A DNA stretch of 32,575 nt from a virus: positions 1 to 32,575 of IMG/VR virus record IMGVR_UViG_3300021400_000096. One strand, given 5' to 3'. Shown here in pieces: positions 26,181 to 32,575 of the stretch. The translations under genes and the position numbers were made by a program. The notes beneath the pieces were generated by a model. The model saw only the letters and a list, made by a program, of their open reading frames with translations. It was not told the DNA's origin and searched no databases. Each line of letters starts with the position of its first letter. The stretch's first letter is position 1.

Positions 26181-26348
26181 TTAAAAACCTACCTTAATTG
26201 CCATATAGACAATACCTATACTGATGATTGCACCAATTATTGAAGCAATAAAACTATAATTTCCCTCTTTTGGTTCTCCATCTTTAACAAGGTTTATGCC
26301 TATTGCCATTGCCTGAAAAAACAGATGAACTATAAACCATATATTCAT
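26181..26348 (-). CDS. Small two-TM membrane protein (55 aa)
   Basis: MNIWFIVHLFFQAMAIGINLVKDGEPKEGNYSFIASIIGAIISIGIVYMAIKVGF. It fills an otherwise empty gap. Confidence 0.4.
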   Translation of the reverse strand: MNIWFIVHLFFQAMAIGINLVKDGEPKEGNYSFIASIIGAIISIGIVYMAIKVGF

Positions 26349-26349
26349 A

Positions 26350-26556
26350 TTACTTTACCTCCTTTGGTTTTCTATAAGTAATACCATTGCCTTTTTTATC
26401 TCTAGAAACAAATGATATCTTGCATAACTTGTTTTTTGCTTTAAAATATCTTTGTTTTCCTTTATAATCTAATTTTTCAAACTCTTCATCTGATATATTA
26501 GTTATTTCTACTAATTCTTTTAATTTCTTATCTCTTTTAATAGCATCATTTATCAT
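26350..26556 (-). CDS. Hypothetical basic early protein
   Basis: 68 aa, lysine-rich. Confidence 0.55.
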   Translation of the reverse strand: MINDAIKRDKKLKELVEITNISDEEFEKLDYKGKQRYFKAKNKLCKISFVSRDKKGNGITYRKPKEVK

Positions 26557-26902
26557 TTTGCTTTACCTCCTCATTAATTCTTTGTAATTGTCTATCAATT
26601 TTTGATTTCATTACTTCTTTAACTTCTTCTGTTGATATATTGTAATTAAGTTGTATCTGTTTTAACATAACCATCACATCTGCTATTTCACCTTTAATTT
26701 CATCTGTTGATTTAATAGCCTTTCTATTATTCATTGATGCCATTATTGGCTCTAAAGCATTGCAGACAATATCAATAGGGTTTCTTCTTCTTTCTTCATA
26801 TTGAATAATTGCCTCATTTAATTCAAATATCTCACTCTGAAAATATTTAAGTTGTTTCTTGACTCCATAATGATTAATTATTCTTCTTAATTTTTCGTTC
26901 AT
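26546..26902 (-). CDS. MazG-like nucleotide pyrophosphohydrolase (tentative)
   Basis: HYGVKKQLKYFQSEIFELNEAI ... EIADVMVMLKQI resembles the paired E-x-x-E / E-x-x-D helices of small phage MazG proteins. Confidence 0.45.
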   Translation of the reverse strand: MNEKLRRIINHYGVKKQLKYFQSEIFELNEAIIQYEERRRNPIDIVCNALEPIMASMNNRKAIKSTDEIKGEIADVMVMLKQIQLNYNISTEEVKEVMKSKIDRQLQRINEEVKQNDK

Positions 26903-27297
26903 AATGCATAATTCCTTTCTTTTTTCATTTGCATAACTAAATCAATTTTGAACTTATCTTTTTTATTTCTATAATAAATACCTTTATAAGTATCTAAACT
27001 AGACATATAACCATCTAGAAAAAATTGTGAGGGTTCAATGCTCTCCATGATAATAATTCCTTTTCTGACACTATAAACAAGTTTTATTTGTCCATAAATG
27101 AACTTAAACTCTTGAGATGTCTTTAAATCTTTAGAATAAGTGCCATCTTCTATATCTATTAATAATTCTTTTTTGACTCTGAAAATAAGTTGTTTATATG
27201 CAATTGGACAGTATGTCTTTAAACTTCTTAATTTCTTTTTAAAGTCATTTTCATCAAGATATAAGAACTTAACTGAATTATCATCTTTGGCTTTCAT
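26899..27297 (-). CDS. Hypothetical early protein
   Basis: 132-aa ORF with overlapping start and stop codons. Confidence 0.55.
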   Translation of the reverse strand: MKAKDDNSVKFLYLDENDFKKKLRSLKTYCPIAYKQLIFRVKKELLIDIEDGTYSKDLKTSQEFKFIYGQIKLVYSVRKGIIIMESIEPSQFFLDGYMSSLDTYKGIYYRNKKDKFKIDLVMQMKKERNYAL

Positions 27298-27499
27298 TTA
27301 ATCCCTCCTTTAAAATATTTAATACATCATCAATAGCATCAGGATTGCTTTTAAGTAAATTATAAGAAGTTCTAATTATTTGAAATTGTTTATTAACTTC
27401 TGCATCAAACTTAAAAATAATCTCTGACATCTTTTTATTTTCTTTTTCTAATCTAGCAATCTTTTGAGTAGTTTCTATACTTAATATTTCACCACTCAT
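27281..27499 (-). CDS. Hypothetical coiled-coil protein
   Basis: 72 aa. Confidence 0.5.
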   Translation of the reverse strand: MSGEILSIETTQKIARLEKENKKMSEIIFKFDAEVNKQFQIIRTSYNLLKSNPDAIDDVLNILKEGLNESQR

Positions 27500-27726
27500 G
27501 ATGCATCACCTTTTTTGGTTTTCTTTGCTATCTTTTTTTCTTTTTTCTTCTTTTCTCTTTCTATTCTTCTTTGTTCTTTATCTTCATATTTTTTTATTTG
27601 TAATTCTAATTCTTTTATTCTTTCATCTCTTCCAACTACATCATATTTAGTTCCTAGCCAACCAATAAATAAGACTATAATTGAAGCAATTACCAATATT
27701 CCATAAATAAAATCTAATACTGTCAT
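27496..27726 (-). CDS. Small membrane-anchored protein with basic coiled-coil tail
   Basis: N-terminal TM segment (FIYGILVIASIIVLFIGWLG) followed by a K/E-rich tail. Confidence 0.5.
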   Translation of the reverse strand: MTVLDFIYGILVIASIIVLFIGWLGTKYDVVGRDERIKELELQIKKYEDKEQRRIEREKKKKEKKIAKKTKKGDAS

Positions 27727-28136
27727 TTTTTTATATCCTCCTTATTATGAGATTTTAAATATTTCTTTAAATGATAATAAGGTGTTGTTCTGTCAAAATT
27801 AAGTTCTTTACCTATTTGCTTCCAACTCTTACAATCAATAAATCTTGCTCTAATAATTATTCTGATAGTGCTATCTTGCACCTCTTCTAAAAACTCTTCT
27901 ATCTTTATTTGTTCATCATATAATTTTTCTTTTTTCTTCTTTAAAAGATTTAAGAGTTTATCCTTTTTCAAAACCAAACTTTCAGTAGGATTGCCTACAC
28001 TCCCCTGACTATGAGGCATACCTGTTAATATTGGACTACCAATTGCAGTATCATCTAATTCTCTTAAATTATCTTCAAGTTGTTTTATTTCTAACTTGAT
28101 ATGATAGTATTTTGATAGTTCATCCAATCTCATCAT
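27723..28136 (-). CDS. Putative late-gene transcriptional regulator (sigma region-4-like HTH; ArpU/DUF1492-like)
   Basis: LTGMPHSQGSVGNPTES motif plus a C-terminal HTH (SWKQIGKELNFDRTTPYYHLKKYL). This pattern is seen in Firmicute phage late activators. Confidence 0.5.
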   Translation of the reverse strand: MMRLDELSKYYHIKLEIKQLEDNLRELDDTAIGSPILTGMPHSQGSVGNPTESLVLKKDKLLNLLKKKKEKLYDEQIKIEEFLEEVQDSTIRIIIRARFIDCKSWKQIGKELNFDRTTPYYHLKKYLKSHNKEDIKK

Positions 28137-28969
28137 TTATCACCTCCATTATCAGAACCTAACATAACTTCTCTATTCTTATTAAGTTTGTTATACTTCT
28201 TGACATCATCCATTGTTTTGACTCCAAAGTTATCCCAATTCTCTAAAATTGTTAAACCATAAGATATTGCATCTCCTATTGGTGCTTCTTCTTTATCAAA
28301 ATCAAAGTTCATTACATTTCTATCAAAAGGAATTAATAAACCATTTTCAATTACTTCTAAAGTCATACCTTTATTTAAATAATTTATAATTGCTTGTTGA
28401 TTTAATTTTCCTTTTATTTCAAATCTTTTAAAAAAATTATTAAGGTCAGTTTTGCTAACACTAACACTAACACTTTCTTCTTTTTCTTCTTCTATATCTA
28501 TATCTTTATCTATCTCTATATCTATATCTTTCTCTTCTCGGACAATGTCCTCGTTATGTCCTAGTAATTGTCTTTCATTATTACCTTTGATTGCTTCCCT
28601 ATATTTTCTCTTCTTTTCTGCCCAAACAGTTTCACTTCCTACCATTTGTTCAAAATCAGATACTCTCAATATTTTTTCTTCCTGTTCATAAATTAAACCC
28701 AACTTTTTAAATAAACCTAGTGCAATGGTTACAGTATCAAAATCAAAATACTTGGTATCTCTAACAATTTTATCTATGTCATAAGGTATTAATGTTTCCC
28801 CAAATCTAGTTGCTAAAGTTCCATCATTATTTGCAGTAAGTAGGCAAAGCATCTGATACAAAACTACATATTCACAACCATTTTTTTGGGATAGCAGAAA
28901 ATCTATTGTGTTTTGAGTAAAGAAATCTGTCTTTAACTTTATCCAATAATATCTTTTATTATTGTTCAT
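28133..28969 (-). CDS. Phage replisome organizer (N-terminal domain family), acidic repeat linker
   Basis: YYWIKLKTDFFTQNTIDFLLSQKNGCEYVVLYQMLCLLTANNDG... matches the replisome organizer N-domain pattern. Confidence 0.7.
   Translation of the reverse strand: MNNNKRYYWIKLKTDFFTQNTIDFLLSQKNGCEYVVLYQMLCLLTANNDGTLATRFGETLIPYDIDKIVRDTKYFDFDTVTIALGLFKKLGLIYEQEEKILRVSDFEQMVGSETVWAEKKRKYREAIKGNNERQLLGHNEDIVREEKDIDIEIDKDIDIEEEKEESVSVSVSKTDLNNFFKRFEIKGKLNQQAIINYLNKGMTLEVIENGLLIPFDRNVMNFDFDKEEAPIGDAISYGLTILENWDNFGVKTMDDVKKYNKLNKNREVMLGSDNGGDK
28492..28531. repeat. Iteron-like direct repeats inside the replisome-organizer gene (candidate ori)
   Basis: CTATATCTATATCTTT occurs at 28492..28507 and 28516..28531. 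(CTAACA)x3 lies at 28455..28472. Confidence 0.35.
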
Positions 28970-29086
28970 TATTTTTTCCTTTTTAGAGTCTTGATAATAG
29001 ATTTAATTAGATAAAATACAAAAAATATTGATAATATAATTGCTACTACACAAATGAAATAATAAAGTATCTTTAATAAAAGCACA

Positions 29087-29332
29087 CTAATCTACCTCCT
29101 CTTCCAAATCTTTTACAAGGTGGTAAACTGCATAATTAGTAGCATGTCCATACCTATTTTTGCCTTGTATCATTTCAGTTTCAATTCCAAAACCTTTATC
29201 TCGTAAAATAAATATTATTCCTGATAATCTAGTTGCTCCATATTTTTTTATTGCCTCATAAGAAGTAATAGTCTTATATTTTCTTAAATGAGCAATAATA
29301 TCAGATATTTGACTCTTATTTGTTGCAGACAT
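29087..29332 (-). CDS. Winged-helix DNA-binding protein (HTH_39-like)
   Basis: ITSYEAIKKYGATRLSGIIFILRDKGFGIET..., from the internal ATG at 29332. The ORF-track start at 29434 overlaps the upstream gene. Confidence 0.55.
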   Translation of the reverse strand: MSATNKSQISDIIAHLRKYKTITSYEAIKKYGATRLSGIIFILRDKGFGIETEMIQGKNRYGHATNYAVYHLVKDLEEEVD

Positions 29333-29525
29333 AGTATTTATCCCCCTCTTTTGTATATTTGGCTTTAATACCATATCCCTCTGATGCACACTCTTCTGAT
29401 ACTTTTTCAATATGTTTCTCCATATCATTTGCAAGTATCTTATTTAATCCAATAAGAATTAATATCATTGCAATAATAAATAATGCTACTTTTACCCATG
29501 GTCTTAATACTCTTTTAGTTTTCAT
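29316..29525 (-). CDS. Small membrane-anchored protein
   Basis: 69 aa with an N-terminal TM segment (WVKVALFIIAMILILIGL). Confidence 0.5.
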   Translation of the reverse strand: MKTKRVLRPWVKVALFIIAMILILIGLNKILANDMEKHIEKVSEECASEGYGIKAKYTKEGDKYYVCNK

Positions 29526-29721
29526 TTACTTGCCCCTCCTTTGCTCCATTACCATTTAAATATTCATAAAATAATGCAGGTGATATATGATAAGACCATC
29601 TTGAAGATAGTTTTACTGCACTTCCAAATGTAAACTTGCCATTTTGTAACCCTACTCTAACAAATTGAGTAGATTTACCCATAAGAGAGGCAACCTCTTT
29701 AACACTTAATTTCTTTTTCAT
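29515..29721 (-). CDS. Excisionase-family / MerR-like HTH protein (Xis candidate)
   Basis: LSVKEVASLMGKSTQFVRVGLQNGKF... 68 aa. It is the second gene of the lytic-direction operon. Confidence 0.5.
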   Translation of the reverse strand: MKKKLSVKEVASLMGKSTQFVRVGLQNGKFTFGSAVKLSSRWSYHISPALFYEYLNGNGAKEGQVNEN

Positions 29722-29734
29722 AAAAAATCCTTTC

Positions 29735-29777
29735 TATATCTTTATTTTTGTTTTTGTTTTTTAGTTTGACCGACTAA
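29735..29777. repeat. Inverted repeat, left arm (pairs with 31158..31195)
   Basis: TATATCTTTAT[TTTTGT]TTTTGTTTTTTAGTTTGACCGACTAA. The 26-nt core and the 11-nt outer block are identical to the reverse complement of the right arm. Confidence 0.8.
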
Positions 29778-30043
29778 AATTGAGTTTTCTCAACTTTTTC
29801 TGTAAAAAAATATATACTAATCTCTGATGGCTCTATTCCTAATACTTTTATACAATTAATAATTTCCTGTTGAGTAAATGGTACAATGTTTCTTAACTTC
29901 TTATATAAAGAATAATAAGAAATACCTATTGTTTTAGCAAAACTCGTTAAATTGTAAGTTTCAGTATTACCATCATTATTGGTATATAAAGTTGTTTGTA
30001 TTTTGTCTTTTAACTTTGAGTAATCAAAAATTGTATTTTCCAT
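29774..30043 (-). CDS. Cro-like repressor (DUF739-type HTH)
   Basis: FDYSKLKDKI...FAKTIGISYYSLYKKLRNIVPFTQQEIINCIKVLGIEPSEISIYFF. It is divergent from the cI-like gene. Confidence 0.7.
   Translation of the reverse strand: MENTIFDYSKLKDKIQTTLYTNNDGNTETYNLTSFAKTIGISYYSLYKKLRNIVPFTQQEIINCIKVLGIEPSEISIYFFTEKVEKTQF
29779..29794. promoter_or_regulatory. Operator-like palindrome ATTGAG-TTTT-CTCAAC at the 3' end of the cro-like gene
   Basis: Same 16-bp architecture as the sites in the cI/cro intergenic region. Confidence 0.4.
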
Positions 30044-30068
30044 TGATATCCTCCCTCCATTTTATCTG

Positions 30069-30184
30069 GTTGAGTTTCCTCAACTATATTAAGTATAATC
30101 ACAAATAATTTTTTTGTCAACAACTTTTATTGATTTTTCTCAATTTTTTTATATTTTTCTCAACTTTTGTTGATTTTTCTTAAT
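30069..30184. promoter_or_regulatory. Operator array of the lysogeny switch
   Basis: Perfect GTTGAG-TTTC-CTCAAC at 30069..30084. Related sites lie at 30129..30144 and 30169..30184. The 10-mer TTTTCTCAAC and variants end at 30084, 30121, 30144, 30164 and 30184. Confidence 0.6.
30092..30120 (-). promoter_or_regulatory. Leftward (cro/lytic) promoter
   Basis: On the minus strand, TTGACA (30120..30115), a 17-nt spacer and TATACT (30097..30092). Confidence 0.55.
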
Positions 30185-30197
30185 TTCTGTGTATAAT
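30170..30197 (+). promoter_or_regulatory. Rightward (cI maintenance) promoter
   Basis: TTGATT (30170..30175), a 16-nt spacer and TATAAT (30192..30197). A GGGAGG RBS precedes the ATG at 30221. Confidence 0.5.
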
Positions 30198-30220
30198 AAT
30201 ATATGTAGGGAGGCTGATGT

Positions 30221-30898
30221 ATGATTGTAGAAGATTTTTCTGATAGATTAAGAAAAGCAATGAATATCAGAGGCATAAAACAAATAGATTTAGTAAACAA
30301 AACAGGCATTGATAAATCATTGATAAGTAATTACCTATCAGGTAAGTACAAAGCAAAATCAGACAAATTACACAAACTTGCTATTGCTTTAGATGTTAGT
30401 GAGGGTTGGTTGATGGGTTATGATGTAGATATTGATAGAGAGTGGATACCTACCCCATCAATAGAAGATGCATCATATACACAAATGCCATCTAGGACAA
30501 TTAAAATACCTTTACTTGGTAAAGTTCCTGCCGGTGTACCTATTGAAGCAATTCAAGAGGTACTAGGATATGAAGAAATACCTTATGAGTGGGAAAAAAA
30601 TGGAGAGCAATATTTTGCTTTAGTTGTTGATGGTGATAGTATGTACCCTGATTATCATAGAGGAGATACTATTATAATTAAACAACAACCTGATTGTGAG
30701 TCAGGAGATGATTGTGTAGTCATGGTTAATGGTGATGATGCAACATTTAAAAGAGTTGTAAAGCAAAATAAAAGCATCATATTAAAGCCATTAAACAATG
30801 AATATGAACCTTATTTATTTGATGAGTATGATATACTCACAAAACCTGTAAGAATAATAGGAGTTGCAGTAGAAGTTAGGAGAAAATTAAAAAGATAA
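30221..30898 (+). CDS. cI-like repressor: XRE HTH plus LexA/S24 autopeptidase domain
   Basis: N-terminal HTH (IKQIDLVNKTGIDKSLISNYLSGK). Ala-Gly site (KVPAGVP), Ser in DGDSMYP and Lys in ATFKRV. Confidence 0.9.
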   Translation: MIVEDFSDRLRKAMNIRGIKQIDLVNKTGIDKSLISNYLSGKYKAKSDKLHKLAIALDVSEGWLMGYDVDIDREWIPTPSIEDASYTQMPSRTIKIPLLGKVPAGVPIEAIQEVLGYEEIPYEWEKNGEQYFALVVDGDSMYPDYHRGDTIIIKQQPDCESGDDCVVMVNGDDATFKRVVKQNKSIILKPLNNEYEPYLFDEYDILTKPVRIIGVAVEVRRKLKR

Positions 30899-30900
30899 TT

Positions 30901-31110
30901 ATGAGAGCAAGAGTCAGAACAGTAAATAAAATTGGTAAAGGTAAATATTACACTACAAGTTGGAAAGTTAGTGAATATATTATTGTTAATATTATCTATT
31001 TTCTATTTTTCTATATGTATTATTTATTCTTTAAATATTGTTTATATGTACCAATTAAATGGTGTGTCCTTAAAATTAAAGAAATGTATTCTAAAAGCAA
31101 AAAAGCATAA
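30901..31110 (+). CDS. Possible small membrane protein downstream of cI
   Basis: 69-aa hydrophobic ORF with no clear SD. AT-rich sequence can produce such ORFs by chance. Confidence 0.3.
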   Translation: MRARVRTVNKIGKGKYYTTSWKVSEYIIVNIIYFLFFYMYYLFFKYCLYVPIKWCVLKIKEMYSKSKKA

Positions 31111-31140
31111 AAAAAAGACCTACTGTTGGAGCAGTAAGTC
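31109..31140 (-). terminator. Intrinsic terminator oriented antisense to cI
   Basis: Stem GACCTACTG/CAGTAAGTC (31117..31125 and 31132..31140, one mismatch). The A8 run on the plus side gives U8 only on the minus-strand RNA. Confidence 0.45.
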
Positions 31141-31157
31141 ATATTGAAAAATCTCTA

Positions 31158-31195
31158 TTAGTCGGTCAAACTAAAAAACAAAATATAAAGATATA
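31158..31195. repeat. Inverted repeat, right arm (pairs with 29735..29777)
   Basis: TTAGTCGGTCAAACTAAAAAACAAAATATAAAGATATA. It lies about 70 nt upstream of int. Confidence 0.8.
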
Positions 31196-31268
31196 ATGTT
31201 ATGGATTTTTCTATTTCATTATATCATATAAAGCCCTATTTAACAATAAAAAGGAGGTAAAATGATTA

Positions 31269-32312
31269 ATGAAATTACCAAATAATTATGGTTCTATTGA
31301 GAAGTTATCAGGTAAGAGAAGAAAGCCATATATGGTAAGGAAAACTGTAGGATGGGATGAAAATGGTAAACAGATAAGAAAAATCATAGGATATTATGAA
31401 ACAAAGACTCTTGCCCTGCAAGAATTAGCCTTATTCAATGAGAAACCTTATGATATAGATGCAAGAAATATTACAGTAAAGGAATTACATCAGAAATGGC
31501 AAGATGAAAAATATCCTAAAATTGCATATAAGACTACCAAAGTATATGATATGTGTTGGAATTATTGTACAGATTTACAGGATATGGCTTTTGTTGATAT
31601 CAGATTAAATCATTTACAAGCCATTGTAGATGGTATGGGTAATAAATGGAGTGCTAAAAAGGCATTTAAAATATTATGGCATCAGATGTATGATTATGCT
31701 ATTAAAAATGATATTAATGTAAGAAAGTATTCAGAATACATTGATATAGGCAAAAAAACAACCAAATTAGAGCGAGTTCCTTTTGAAGAGGATGAAATAG
31801 ACAAGTTATGGAAAAATGTTGATAGGATGGACTTTATTGACACAATTTTAATACTAATCTATACAGGTATGAGAGTTGGTGAACTATTAGATATAAAAAT
31901 AGAAAATGTTCACATGGAGGAGAAATACATGATAGGTGGTTCTAAAACAGAGGCAGGTAAAAATAGAGTCATACCTTTTCATGAAAGAATTATACCTTTA
32001 GTTAAGAGATGGTATGATAAAGCAATTGAAGTTGGTAGTGAATATCTAATATTTAACCATGAATACGACCAAATGAAATATTGGAACTATTATCATGAGA
32101 AATGGGAAAAGATAATACAACAATTAGAGTTCAATGGTGAACATAAACCTCATGATACTAGACATACCTTTTCTACTCGTATTGATAGAACAGATGCTAA
32201 CAAATTATGTGTTAAAAGAATACTAGGACATGCAAGTACAGATATTACTGATAAAGTATATACACATAAAGATATAGAGGATTTATTAGAGGCAGTAAAT
32301 AAAGTAAAATAG
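31269..32312 (+). CDS. int: Tyrosine integrase
   Basis: 347 aa with an N-terminal SAM-like domain. Catalytic residues are R (TGMRVGELL), HDTRHTF, LGHAS and Y (KVYTH). An AAGGAGG RBS is present. Confidence 0.9.
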   Translation: MKLPNNYGSIEKLSGKRRKPYMVRKTVGWDENGKQIRKIIGYYETKTLALQELALFNEKPYDIDARNITVKELHQKWQDEKYPKIAYKTTKVYDMCWNYCTDLQDMAFVDIRLNHLQAIVDGMGNKWSAKKAFKILWHQMYDYAIKNDINVRKYSEYIDIGKKTTKLERVPFEEDEIDKLWKNVDRMDFIDTILILIYTGMRVGELLDIKIENVHMEEKYMIGGSKTEAGKNRVIPFHERIIPLVKRWYDKAIEVGSEYLIFNHEYDQMKYWNYYHEKWEKIIQQLEFNGEHKPHDTRHTFSTRIDRTDANKLCVKRILGHASTDITDKVYTHKDIEDLLEAVNKVK

Positions 32313-32335
32313 CCTCTTTTTTATTGCTTATTTTG

Positions 32336-32367
32336 TGTTGGCTACTTGTTGGCTACTTGTTGGCTAC
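32336..32367 (+). promoter_or_regulatory. Integrase arm-type sites, 3 x TGTTGGCTAC with 11-bp phasing (attP P arm)
   Basis: Copies at 32336..32345, 32347..32356 and 32358..32367, directly after the int stop. Confidence 0.6.
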
Positions 32368-32468
32368 CTATAAAATCTAGGGGAGTTTTCAAGATACCTT
32401 AACATAAGAAAAACCCCATAAACATTGAGTTTATAGGGTTCGTAAATGATACTTTTACTATCGTTTTG

Positions 32469-32575
32469 TAAATTGATGTACCTTATATTTCAAGGGAAAA
32501 CAAGGCATTTGTTGGCTACCTGTTGGCTACTCATTAAGTTTTATACATTACTTATTTAATAAAATCATCAATTTT
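32469..32575. repeat. Direct terminal repeat, copy 2 (identical to 1..107)
   Basis: Exact match to the window start. Confidence 0.9.
32510..32530 (+). promoter_or_regulatory. Integrase arm-type sites, 2 x TGTTGGCTAC (attP P' arm)
   Basis: Copies at 32510..32519 and 32521..32530, in the same orientation and phasing, about 140 bp from the first cluster. Confidence 0.55.

Larger units (their letters stand above)
1..32575. mobile_element. Complete temperate siphovirus-like phage genome (unit 32,468 bp plus 107-bp end overlap)
   Basis: Full lysogeny, replication, packaging, head, tail and lysis modules are present. The window ends are identical over 107 nt and no host genes are visible. Confidence 0.85.

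Noticed and set aside
30069-30184. Regularly spaced short repeats as a mini-CRISPR array
   Set aside because: The repeats are 10-16 bp at 20-37-bp spacing between divergent cI and cro promoters. No cas genes are present, so operators are the obvious explanation.
30932-31147. 71-aa alternative-frame ORF after cI
   Set aside because: It has a TTG start, overlaps 30901..31110 in another frame and runs through the terminator hairpin. It is likely an AT-rich artefact.
32410-32445. GGGTTCG motif and hairpin as a tRNA fragment marking the attP core
   Set aside because: Only 6 nt resemble a T-arm and no acceptor or CCA context is present. I cannot support a tRNA-derived core without a host sequence.

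Overview
This AT-rich window is a complete temperate siphovirus-type phage genome. The first 107 nt are repeated exactly at the end (1..107 = 32469..32575), so the unit length is 32,468 bp and there is no host flank. Almost all genes are on the minus strand. In transcription order (descending coordinates) they are: Cro-like switch, Xis-like HTH, replisome organizer, many small early ORFs, HNH endonuclease, TerS/TerL, portal, prohead protease, HK97-type capsid, neck proteins, major tail protein, a frameshifted tail chaperone, tape measure, Dit, Tal, tail fibres and a lysis cassette (XhlA-like, Dp-1-type holin, endolysin). On the plus strand are a cI/LexA-like repressor, a tyrosine integrase next to attP with phased arm-type repeats, and a promoter-equipped moron. 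The main finding is a diversity-generating retroelement (DGR) between the tail-fibre gene and the lysis cassette. It has a reverse transcriptase (2979..4175), a 110-bp template repeat (4388..4497) and a matching variable repeat (4656..4765) at the C-terminus of the 705-aa tail fibre. Sixteen of 17 TR/VR mismatches fall on TR adenines, and I see no recognisable Avd gene. Secondary findings are a three-fold TCACA-N4-TCACA-N12-TATAAT promoter motif, each copy followed by a GNRA-loop terminator; a roughly 40-bp inverted repeat bracketing the immunity module; a second, catalytic-domain-only tyrosine recombinase; and a -1 frameshift site in the tail chaperone. All functional calls come from motif recognition by eye. 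No database search was run.
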